Program-made: the position numbers and the translations under genes
IMG/VR virus record: IMGVR_UViG_3300044614_002195
Span: 32,001 to 96,000 of that record
DNA length: 64,000 nucleotides
DNA from: a virus
Strand: one strand, 5' to 3'
Notes under the pieces: model-generated
Databases searched by the model: none
What the model saw: the letters and a program-made list of their open reading frames with translations, nothing else
Told to the model about the DNA's origin: nothing
Shown: positions 56,493 to 64,000 of the stretch, one piece after another
Numbering within the stretch: the first letter of the stretch is position 1
Layout: every line of letters starts with the position of its first letter

Positions 56493-57221
56493 ATGGCCGT
56501 ATATAATTCACTAAGCTGGCAAAATGAAAATGCGCTATCAGGCTATCCCTTTGACGAGGATTTTGAAGTTAACGATTTTATTGTAGATGCGACCTTTATA
56601 CAATTTGACGGATATATACCTACATTGAGCTCTGTCTTTGTAGACAAAGACTATATATCTCTTGATATTATTTTTGATACAAAAGAAACACTCACAGTTA
56701 AATTTCATAAGAGTACCTATAACCTAGGTGTAGCGTACCGAAAAGTTAAAATATACGATCTTGTAACAGATAGGTATTTCGGAGTGATAACGTTCGGTGC
56801 AGGCGCAGAAACCCTGTGGAGCACGTATGTAGGTAGAAAGATAACGCAAACCAGAAAATTTTTACCTTCAACCGTAAGAAGCATACCATTCAACGATGCT
56901 GTTTATCTTTTTGACGGTATGTTTGGAGATTTATCGCTATCTAGAGTATTAGAAGATAAAGCTATTTTCTATAATACATATAAAGATACCGTTAATAATA
57001 AGTGCTCGATTGTGTTCAATGCTGTCTATGGTCACGCACCACTTGTCGCTGACCCCGGTGTGTTAAGAAAGATAAACCTTGTTGGTCCTGTTAATAATAA
57101 TATAAATTTAGCTGCCAACGACGTTATTAAGATTACGCAGGTAGACAACGCATATTTAAGCATGGATCTTGTCTCAGGAGCTTCGGACAAGACGTTTTCT
57201 TTACCTACGCTATTCTCATAA
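56493..57221 (+). CDS. Fibre-associated protein (paralog member)
   Basis: LSWQNENALSGYPF N-terminus; LRKINLVGPVNNNINL. Confidence 0.65.
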   Translation: MAVYNSLSWQNENALSGYPFDEDFEVNDFIVDATFIQFDGYIPTLSSVFVDKDYISLDIIFDTKETLTVKFHKSTYNLGVAYRKVKIYDLVTDRYFGVITFGAGAETLWSTYVGRKITQTRKFLPSTVRSIPFNDAVYLFDGMFGDLSLSRVLEDKAIFYNTYKDTVNNKCSIVFNAVYGHAPLVADPGVLRKINLVGPVNNNINLAANDVIKITQVDNAYLSMDLVSGASDKTFSLPTLFS

Positions 57222-57233
57222 CAAATTAGTACT

Positions 57234-58136
57234 ATGGAACAGGTTTTAGATTGGCTTAACGAAAATGAAAACAGGGCTTATCCTTTATTGGAAGAAAGCA
57301 ACAATAGAAATTTTAAACTTTTTGATAATACCTATTGGTTGATGCCGGACAACTTTATACTAGATGCTCAATTAATATATTTAAAAGACAAGTTAAATGC
57401 CCCAGTGATAATTAAAAAAATAGCATCATCATCCACTCTAGGAGTTGAGGTAGTGTTTGGTACACAGGTAAGCAACATAGCCAAATTCAACATATCATTA
57501 GCTACGTTAGCCTCAGCTGAGTTTCCTTTATATGTAAGAAAATCTTCAGGCTCCCTGGCCGTGTTTGGTGAAGGTATTCTAGACTTTTTTAACTTATGTG
57601 GAGACAGGGAAGTCGAGTTATATCCCAATGCACCTTTAGAGCCTGGCGTTTGCTTTGAATTAAACGAGCCATGGTTAGGAGTAAACAGTATACAAGTGTC
57701 TCCTGAAAAATTAAGCAATTTAAACAGTGTGTCAGTTTTTCGCCCTCTGTTAGATGTAGGATTACCGACCTCGGCGGTGGGAGACGTTAAATTTTTAGAA
57801 GGCTATCATTTTAATGTAGTGGTTAGGTCAGGTTTAGTAGACCTTGCTGTAGGGAGAGATTACGGCATACCTATCGACTGCTCTACATCATTTTTACTTG
57901 AAAAATATCTTGATTGTTCAAGTATTATTTCGTACATAAATGGAATACCTCCTACAGACAATGGAGACTTCACCATATTTGCAGGAGCTAACATAACAAT
58001 AACCCCAGGAAATATTGCAGGTAACTTTGAAGATCCGTTTTTAGAGAGCGCTCAAAACAACACATTGTTTATAGGGCTGAACTTTAAAGCTGAAGAAATC
58101 TGTAAACCGGTCAACATCATACCGTCATTAGTATAA
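57234..58136 (+). CDS. Fibre-associated protein (paralog member)
   Basis: LDWLNENENRAYPL N-terminus; ISYINGIPPTDNGDFTI. Confidence 0.65.
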   Translation: MEQVLDWLNENENRAYPLLEESNNRNFKLFDNTYWLMPDNFILDAQLIYLKDKLNAPVIIKKIASSSTLGVEVVFGTQVSNIAKFNISLATLASAEFPLYVRKSSGSLAVFGEGILDFFNLCGDREVELYPNAPLEPGVCFELNEPWLGVNSIQVSPEKLSNLNSVSVFRPLLDVGLPTSAVGDVKFLEGYHFNVVVRSGLVDLAVGRDYGIPIDCSTSFLLEKYLDCSSIISYINGIPPTDNGDFTIFAGANITITPGNIAGNFEDPFLESAQNNTLFIGLNFKAEEICKPVNIIPSLV

Positions 58137-58137
58137 T

Positions 58138-58473
58138 ATGGCTAACGTAGACAATAACCCAAAAGTAAAGCGACTTGTTTTTACAAGCGTATCTCAAATA
58201 TTACATCTAGTTAAAAACAACCCAGAGGTAATTAAAGCTATACCTAAGCTTGCAGGATTACAGGACGCTCCGAGCCAAACACCGCAGCCTTCCTGTAACT
58301 GCAAAAAAAATGTAACTGCACTAGACGCGCAAAAGAAACAAACTGTAGAGCAGGCATTGAATTCGTTAGAAGCTTCAGATTTTTTAACTATTAAAAATAT
58401 TTTACAGCTAGATCAATTATGTTACTATAAAAGGAACGCAACCACAAAAGCGTTGGATCTAATCTGTATTTAA
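58138..58473 (+). CDS. Hypothetical protein with CNC motif
   Basis: 111 aa, PSCNCKK plus two further cysteines. Confidence 0.65.
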   Translation: MANVDNNPKVKRLVFTSVSQILHLVKNNPEVIKAIPKLAGLQDAPSQTPQPSCNCKKNVTALDAQKKQTVEQALNSLEASDFLTIKNILQLDQLCYYKRNATTKALDLICI

Positions 58474-58474
58474 T

Positions 58475-59191
58475 ATGCCTGATAATATAACACCGCAGTT
58501 TTTTACACCAGATGCGCAAGGAGATCCTGCTTACGTATATAAGGTAATAGAGAATAACGCGGAGTTATTTAAAAAATCAGAAATAAGAGTAAGAGGCAAT
58601 CAATCAGAGCTTTTAAACAGGCAGAACGCAGCTGTGGACCATATTCCAGGTATTCCATTTGAACGTGGAATACCTAACCCAGCTCTCTTCTATCAGGGAG
58701 AAGATATGGTGTACGATCTGTTTTTGTACGACGCAGGTGCCCCTGCGTCCTTCGAGGACTATGATATAACTGCACTAGTTAAAACAAGCCCTAGAGCAAA
58801 AAATGTCGTATGGCAGGGTAAAATTGATTCAGGTATTTTTACGAATAACGACAATCTGCCTGGGTATTATGAGCTGTGGATTCCTGCCTCAGCTACAGCA
58901 TTAATGCTTGCAGGTACTTACTATATAGATATTCTGCTCACGGAAAAGATGGGTAAGACAGGGGGCAGATATGACCGCAAGAAGGTGCTGCTGCAGACTG
59001 TGTTTAATATTGAGTACAGTAACTTCTCACCAGCACCAGAGGCTGTAGGTAGTGACAATACCGCCCCCAGCAGATCTTCGGTAGAGGAAACGTGGCCTAA
59101 TAAGCCTGATACCGTAGGAAGATCTATAGATAAGTTAAATCAGTATACTGCGCCAACCGGGAAAGGCACAGATGTGACTGCTAATCAATAA
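58475..59191 (+). CDS. BppU N-terminal-like baseplate/fibre adaptor
   Basis: GEDMVYDLFL..YDITALVK..YELWIPASATALMLAGTYYIDI pattern. Confidence 0.55.
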   Translation: MPDNITPQFFTPDAQGDPAYVYKVIENNAELFKKSEIRVRGNQSELLNRQNAAVDHIPGIPFERGIPNPALFYQGEDMVYDLFLYDAGAPASFEDYDITALVKTSPRAKNVVWQGKIDSGIFTNNDNLPGYYELWIPASATALMLAGTYYIDILLTEKMGKTGGRYDRKKVLLQTVFNIEYSNFSPAPEAVGSDNTAPSRSSVEETWPNKPDTVGRSIDKLNQYTAPTGKGTDVTANQ

Positions 59192-59221
59192 GTCACCCCA
59201 GGAAGGTATTCATCCTTTTTG

Positions 59222-59230
59222 TGGTATAAT
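59222..59230 (+). promoter_or_regulatory. Extended -10 promoter TGGTATAAT
   Basis: Perfect TGn-TATAAT, no recognisable -35; context nearly repeated at 59751. Confidence 0.7.
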
Positions 59231-59284
59231 ATATTGAACCCGCTGCTTTGCTTTCAGCAGAGTAGTTGAAACCTAATAAATCAA

Positions 59285-59458
59285 ATGAATAAAATTGAAA
59301 AAATCCAAGAGATGGCGGAAGGATTGCCTACCTCTGAGATTGATAAATTGCTTGAGCAGCTAAACCTGCTTAAGCAGGTAAGAAAGAGCACCCATACGAG
59401 AGTAAAGGCCAGGGTAGTACTGGCGAGCAATTCCATTCATCCAGCTTGTAAATCATGA
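59285..59458 (+). CDS. Small ORF (57 aa) not in the ORF track
   Basis: MNKIEKIQEMAEGLPTSEIDKLLEQLNLLKQVRK...; ATGA overlap with the next gene; follows promoter. Confidence 0.6.
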   Translation: MNKIEKIQEMAEGLPTSEIDKLLEQLNLLKQVRKSTHTRVKARVVLASNSIHPACKS

Positions 59459-59724
59459 ATACTTATTACAGACTGAGTCTATTGACTGCGCTAGTCACGC
59501 TAGCCATATCCTTCTACACTGCAGGGTATATCCACGGCGTAAAAACCGCAGAAAAAGGCTGGCAGGCAAGATTAATCTCGGCGGACTACGCAGAGTACAA
59601 CAAACGCACAGGCGGATGGGAACTGCGTAACATGGATGAAGTTGTCACATCGGCACTAATCCTTGGAAGAGGCAAACTTCCAGAAGAGAAAGAGAAGATC
59701 GAGCATTCTTTACTCAAGAAATAG
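59455..59724 (+). CDS. Small membrane-anchored protein
   Basis: Hydrophobic N-terminus LSLLTALVTLAISFYTAGY. Confidence 0.65.
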   Translation: MNTYYRLSLLTALVTLAISFYTAGYIHGVKTAEKGWQARLISADYAEYNKRTGGWELRNMDEVVTSALILGRGKLPEEKEKIEHSLLKK

Positions 59725-59750
59725 ACCTTCTCTCCGTTTTATATTATTTT

Positions 59751-59759
59751 TGGTATAAT
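59751..59759 (+). promoter_or_regulatory. Extended -10 promoter TGGTATAAT
   Basis: Perfect TGn-TATAAT; no + strand gene between it and the terminator. Confidence 0.7.
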
Positions 59760-59765
59760 ACTATA

Positions 59766-59892
59766 GAACGGAAACGTTTCTGCTGTCGCATGACAGCTAG
59801 CTGACCAGGCAGCTAAAAATAACCTGGATATTTTCTGGTGGTAACGGGTTCCCTCTCCCTGCGAGCATCTTGCTCCAGGGAGAGGGTTTTTT
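59766..59892 (+). ncRNA. Candidate structured small RNA, family unknown
   Basis: Bounded by promoter and terminator; four contiguous hairpins, GAAA tetraloop, complementary loops CCAGG/CCTGG; only a 4-codon ORF. Confidence 0.6.
59851..59892 (+). terminator. Intrinsic terminator
   Basis: CCCTCTCCCTG / CAGGGAGAGGG 11-bp stem plus inner GAGCA/TGCTC, then TTTTTT. Confidence 0.9.
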
Positions 59893-59907
59893 CAACACCC
59901 TATTTTC

Positions 59908-61188
59908 TTAGCTATTGGCTTTTACGATCTTTACGTTATGACATGTAAGCTGAATCATTGTAAGCAACTGCCTTACGTACTTTTCATTTATGAAGGGTAT
60001 ACCTAAGCCTAAAGACAAAAACATTTTACGGATACCTTTAGTGAACAAGAAGCATGACGTAAGATACTTGTCTTCCATCTCGAAAGGCACAGCTGAATCT
60101 TCAAAATAAACCATACCGCACCAAATAAACTCTTCTTCATTTTTTTTACGTATCTCGGTGATATCTAGAGTAAAGTTTGTGAGCATCTCTTCTTCATTTC
60201 TCTTAATTAGAAAATAAGCTCTATCTCTTTTAACGTATGTTTTTCCATGTACATTAAATTGCTGTTCTCTGGTTTTCATCCAGTACGACATAAGCTCTTG
60301 TCCGCTGTTTTTCTCCAGCTCCTGCACTTGCTGGTAATTCAGCATAGCTACATGGTTCTTAAGGTCTTCGCTGCCCTGCTTACCAAGCATAAGCTCTTTA
60401 ATGTCTTCAGAAAATTTAGAGTGATTACTCTCGCTCCATATCTTAATTAGCTGCTCTGTTGTAAGCATTTCAGATAAGGATACAGGAGAATTGTTCCAAT
60501 AGTCGTTTTTATAATTCCAAGTATTTCCCGCTTTTATTTTTAGCTCATTCATATCCCTAACAATCTCCACTCCCTGTCTACCGTACCAGCCATACTCACC
60601 ATTCAAAAAAACATTCTCTCTTTGATTGATGTCAGCGATTCTTGCCACCTCTAATGAGCATATATGTTTGGGAGAGCAAAACGACGGCACTACTAGGCTT
60701 TTTTTGTACTTATACTTGTTCTCCAGTTCAAGTCTAGGGAAAGCCTTTATAACCTTCTCTGACAAGTAACCAAATCTATTATTAAGTAATGCAGGCATAC
60801 CCATCTCTTCTAGTACTTCAGTAAAGTATGCTAAGCCATCTTTATGTCTAACTCTAGCAGCCTGGGCCTCCTGTACACTCAGTAACCATGCAGACTGAAA
60901 CTGCATAATTCTGGTTTGGTTTTTAAAAAGTTGCTTTTCAGCATACTCGCTGTATGGTAAATTAAAATCAAAGCAATCTGAAAAGTCTTTGCAAATTATT
61001 CCATATAACCTAGACCAATCAGATATAGGGAAAAAATCAAAAATATTTCCAATAAAGTCTGAATTTTTAGATCTAGCATACCAACCAAACAAAGGAACAC
61101 GTATAAAGTCATATTCTGACGTATTTGCCCCTAGCTTACCTACCACACTGGGTAGGTTTATTTTAGAATTGAACGAATTTAGTAACAT
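59908..61188 (-). CDS. Hypothetical protein, possibly primase/replication-associated (probable start ATG 61188)
   Basis: Only substantial minus-strand ORF; C-terminal LTNFTLDITEIRK..FIWCG loosely recalls domains attached to phage primase-helicases; weak. Confidence 0.55.
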   Translation of the reverse strand: MLLNSFNSKINLPSVVGKLGANTSEYDFIRVPLFGWYARSKNSDFIGNIFDFFPISDWSRLYGIICKDFSDCFDFNLPYSEYAEKQLFKNQTRIMQFQSAWLLSVQEAQAARVRHKDGLAYFTEVLEEMGMPALLNNRFGYLSEKVIKAFPRLELENKYKYKKSLVVPSFCSPKHICSLEVARIADINQRENVFLNGEYGWYGRQGVEIVRDMNELKIKAGNTWNYKNDYWNNSPVSLSEMLTTEQLIKIWSESNHSKFSEDIKELMLGKQGSEDLKNHVAMLNYQQVQELEKNSGQELMSYWMKTREQQFNVHGKTYVKRDRAYFLIKRNEEEMLTNFTLDITEIRKKNEEEFIWCGMVYFEDSAVPFEMEDKYLTSCFLFTKGIRKMFLSLGLGIPFINEKYVRQLLTMIQLTCHNVKIVKANS

Positions 61189-61196
61189 AGTATAAT
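61169..61196 (+). promoter_or_regulatory. Promoter TTGAAC-16-TATAAT
   Basis: -10 ends 10 nt before ATG 61207, overlapping the start of the divergent gene. Confidence 0.5.
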
Positions 61197-61206
61197 AAGA
61201 ATAAAT

Positions 61207-62262
61207 ATGAAAATTGCATTTGACCAACAGACCGACTACTCAGGTAAACAATTGTACAGCATGCTTTCCGGGGTAGATGTCCCTGAATATGTAAAAACTG
61301 CAGAAGTCGAAGATGCTCACGAGCTTAGACAGTTGCCTAAGACTGCTTTCGCTGACCCTGAAAGAATGATTTACCCTATTAACACTCCTGCTAGGGTTTA
61401 TGTGAGTAACGCGCATTTTGTTAATAAGAAAGCTGATATCACCAAACTATACGGTGAAGACTACTCTAGTCAATTAGAAAACAAGATCGCTGAAGCTGCG
61501 GAAGTGTTCGGAATCTCAGATGATCTCAGCAATTATAATAGTGAGCTTAACGTAAAGATTGCTGCAGACTATGAGGAAAAGTACATGGTGGACTTTGAAG
61601 CCCCAGGAATGGATGCATCCATCAAACTTTTCCCTGTGAAGACAGCATCAGATTTGAGCGAATCCGCTGAAACTTTCGCTAAAAATATCAGTAATTTCCC
61701 GTTCGCGGTAAGAATTAAATCTGCTGAGAATTTCGTAAAGGCTGCTGGTGAACTAGGGGTAGACGATATGCCTGAGCTTATCCTTAAATACGCAGGCCTG
61801 TACTACCCAGACTTGATTAACCTCGACCAGGAACTCTGGCGCAGATCTACAAAATTGGCTAACGAAGCGCATCATGAAATCTATGACAAGATCCGTGATG
61901 ACCTTTCTAATATGACTAGTGTTTCGGAGGTCATGAAGGTCGCGGAAACCTGTTTCAATATTGAAAATATGGAAGGCCTTTACGACAACGTTAAAGTAGC
62001 TCAGATTCTAGGTGACCCTGTGGACAGAATTTTCACAGAGCCCGTCACCAAGATTGCTGGCGACCTTAGCTATGTTGAAGTTCATGGCGATAAGTACAAG
62101 CTCGACGATCTTACAAAGATCAGCAAGGATAAGTACGAAGAAGCATTCGGAGACTGCGGGATTGACCCTGCAGACCCTGTGAAGATTGCGGATATTCTCC
62201 CCACCATGCCCAGAAGCGATGTAAAGCTTCTCGAGGAAATCACAGGTTTGAGACCTATCTAA
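61207..62262 (+). CDS. Putative abundant virion protein with K-x-A motifs
   Basis: LPKTAFADPERMIYPINT motif; YVKTAE, VKIAA, VKTAS, TKLAN; codon usage visibly like the MCP. Confidence 0.65.
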   Translation: MKIAFDQQTDYSGKQLYSMLSGVDVPEYVKTAEVEDAHELRQLPKTAFADPERMIYPINTPARVYVSNAHFVNKKADITKLYGEDYSSQLENKIAEAAEVFGISDDLSNYNSELNVKIAADYEEKYMVDFEAPGMDASIKLFPVKTASDLSESAETFAKNISNFPFAVRIKSAENFVKAAGELGVDDMPELILKYAGLYYPDLINLDQELWRRSTKLANEAHHEIYDKIRDDLSNMTSVSEVMKVAETCFNIENMEGLYDNVKVAQILGDPVDRIFTEPVTKIAGDLSYVEVHGDKYKLDDLTKISKDKYEEAFGDCGIDPADPVKIADILPTMPRSDVKLLEEITGLRPI

Positions 62263-62295
62263 TTAACAAACTTAAACAAACTAAAATTAAATAAC

Positions 62296-62329
62296 AACCC
62301 GCCAGGCTAAAACTTGGCGGGTTTCTTTT
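62296..62329 (+). terminator. Intrinsic terminator-like hairpin
   Basis: AACCCGCCA / TGGCGGGTT stem followed by TCTTTT. Confidence 0.8.
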
Positions 62330-62893
62330 ATGTCAACACATACAGAAGAAGACGTACATGTAGAGTGGGTGCATGGAGGCAAACACTATAAGAAAAGGAA
62401 AAGCCTACCGTCACTTAATTCTCCAGAAGAGTTTTTCACTAACGCTTTAAGAGAGAATAAAGCTATAATTGTTAAAGCTTTTAATATAAGGAAAAGTAAA
62501 TCTAGTATATCTCGATATACTATAAATCTAATTGTAGGATATAGGCAGGATTTTGAGTTTAAAGACCCCAAAATATTCATAAACTACTGGAGACTGTGGC
62601 CATATGCTACTCCTCCGGAAGAGACTATGATTGCTTCTAGGTACCTGCCGGCACCATTCAGCAACATCTACGCAATTCTACCTTGTAGTAAATTTACACA
62701 TAATGAACAACCTGTATCAAAGTACCTTAGAGCACCTAGAGTAAGTTTATTTCCCAGATATGGTGAGGAGTACATATATAATCTTAACGCTAGTATTAAC
62801 TCAGATGATCTTGCTTCTTGGATGACTATAGTTAATCTGGCTGTTCAGAAAGTTCACAAACAGTTTGTGGATGAGAACGGTGAGATTGTATAA
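62330..62893 (+). CDS. Hypothetical protein, 187 aa
   Basis: ORF from track; no motif recognised. Confidence 0.6.
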   Translation: MSTHTEEDVHVEWVHGGKHYKKRKSLPSLNSPEEFFTNALRENKAIIVKAFNIRKSKSSISRYTINLIVGYRQDFEFKDPKIFINYWRLWPYATPPEETMIASRYLPAPFSNIYAILPCSKFTHNEQPVSKYLRAPRVSLFPRYGEEYIYNLNASINSDDLASWMTIVNLAVQKVHKQFVDENGEIV

Positions 62894-62900
62894 TGCTTAT

Positions 62901-63449
62901 ATGAAGAGTAAAAAAGAAATATTAAAAGATGAGAAAGCTCCTGTACTGGTCTTGCTTGCGCTCGTAACTAAAGAATACGGTAAAGAGTGCTATGAGTGGG
63001 AACCTCTTGTTTTAAAAGCAGAACTGCAGGAAGATTTTGATGTAACTATCTCAGATTTGCAGTCAGATAAAATACAAGCAGGCATCACAATCTTAACCAC
63101 AGATCAGTACGAAACAAACGTGCCTGTTTTTGAGACTCTCAACTATCTACTAAACAATCAGCCTGACGACCTGCAAGACTTTAATCCGCTTGAAGCAGAA
63201 GAGGTGATATGTGGATTAACAGAGGCGTATCTGATCCGAGGAGAAAAAATGCACTTCTCTCCTGAAATTAGGGTGTACACAGGATTAATATTTGAAGATT
63301 ATGGTATGCACAAGCCGCCTACGTTGTTCCCTGAAGCCTTAATGAAAGAGCGCGACGGCAATGATGAAACCAAGAACGATGCTCTCCAAGAGTTGTTTGA
63401 CGAAAAAATTAAACTTGTTAAAAAATACTTAGACAATGCACATTTATAA
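62901..63449 (+). CDS. Hypothetical protein (probable start ATG 62901)
   Basis: YEWEPLVLKAELQEDF..DKIQAGITILTTDQY; acidic helical protein. Confidence 0.65.
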   Translation: MKSKKEILKDEKAPVLVLLALVTKEYGKECYEWEPLVLKAELQEDFDVTISDLQSDKIQAGITILTTDQYETNVPVFETLNYLLNNQPDDLQDFNPLEAEEVICGLTEAYLIRGEKMHFSPEIRVYTGLIFEDYGMHKPPTLFPEALMKERDGNDETKNDALQELFDEKIKLVKKYLDNAHL

Positions 63450-64000
63450 CGCGCAGCTTCATGATATTTATGAGAAGCCCAACGCCAAAAGGTTGGAGCA
63501 TCTGTATAACAAGCTTTTTAAAACTATACCCACCACAGTCAGCTTTTCTGATAACTTTGAGATGGATTCACTGAAGGCTATCGAAGAGCACTTTGATATC
63601 TTCACGAGTGATATAACGGTAGTAGGTTCTAGACTTGTAGAGGAAACAGTGTGGGTAGGCAAGGCTGGTAAGTACGAAGATATCCTACTACATTCCTCGT
63701 ATAGGTCTCCAGATGGAGACCATCCTATGCTGGGTTCAGTATTTGGTAGCAGTATTAAAAAAGAAGAGATCGATAGCTTGCATGTAAGTGTTAGAGCTGC
63801 ATGTAAAGACAGAGAAGAGGCCAAGCTGTTATGCGATCTTTTGTTACCGTTTAAACTGCAGCTTAAAAATAAGATTTACATGCTTACAGCTAGCTATGGA
63901 GATCTCAGCCTATCTCCGTTGCCCACAATGGATGTAAACGGTAATTTAGCTCTAAACTATGGCTCAGAGTTCGAAGCTTTTCATGAAAAAATCATGGATA
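63436..64000 (+). CDS. Probable AAA ATPase, N-terminal part (3'-truncated; absent from ORF track)
   Basis: Open from ATG 63436 to the window end; ends LNYGSEFEAFHEKIMD, resembling the segment just before the Walker A of a widespread AAA family. Walker A itself lies outside the window. Confidence 0.6.
   Translation, partial: MHIYNAQLHDIYEKPNAKRLEHLYNKLFKTIPTTVSFSDNFEMDSLKAIEEHFDIFTSDITVVGSRLVEETVWVGKAGKYEDILLHSSYRSPDGDHPMLGSVFGSSIKKEEIDSLHVSVRAACKDREEAKLLCDLLLPFKLQLKNKIYMLTASYGDLSLSPLPTMDVNGNLALNYGSEFEAFHEKIMD

Noticed and set aside
59236-59272. Hairpin followed by GTTGAAAC, like the 3' end of a type I CRISPR repeat (solitary repeat mimic)
   Set aside because: Single copy, 5-bp stem, no GTT/GTC repeat start; indistinguishable from an ordinary leader hairpin without a repeat database search.
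59455-59724. Calling the small membrane protein an i-spanin or holin
   Set aside because: No adjacent lipoprotein o-spanin or endolysin, and it follows an early-type promoter.
59782-59850. Partial likeness of the candidate sRNA to c-di-GMP-I, hammerhead, pistol or SRP motifs
   Set aside because: Only short words match; the required conserved cores (GACGCAAA, CUGAUGA..GAAA, pistol P2/P3, SRP internal loop) are absent.
3142-63824. The many 60-140 aa minus-strand and nested ORFs in the track
   Set aside because: They lie antisense to or inside long + strand genes, with no start signals or protein-like motifs.
1-64000. Stop-codon reassignment, seen in some large phages
   Set aside because: Genes tile the window without fragmentation under code 11, and TAA, TAG and TGA all end genes.

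Overview
64 kb of a large, contractile-tailed (myovirus-type, probably jumbo) bacteriophage, almost all on the + strand, standard genetic code. Order: the C-terminal part of a phage-encoded bacterial-type RNA polymerase beta' subunit (cut by the left edge); a ~14 kb head cluster (uncharacterised virion proteins, prohead protease, scaffold-like proteins, decoration protein, major capsid protein); neck genes; tail sheath, tube and spike; a tail chaperone with a -1 frameshift signal; tape measure; baseplate genes with a sigma70-family factor embedded among them; a family of five paralogous fibre/baseplate proteins including a 3485-aa Ig/FN3 adhesin; then a short early-type region with a candidate structured small RNA, one minus-strand gene and a probable AAA ATPase cut by the right edge. 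No portal, large terminase, tRNA, CRISPR array or integrase was recognised. All product calls come from motif recall and synteny, not database searches. The most interesting unexplained signals are: (1) a recurring K-x-A motif and a shared helical motif across head proteins, a possible new processing/packaging code; (2) a promoter- and terminator-bounded ~127-nt RNA with complementary loops; (3) a domain shared between the tail sheath and a baseplate protein; (4) sigma70-type promoters giving near-leaderless mRNAs in a phage with its own RNAP and sigma.
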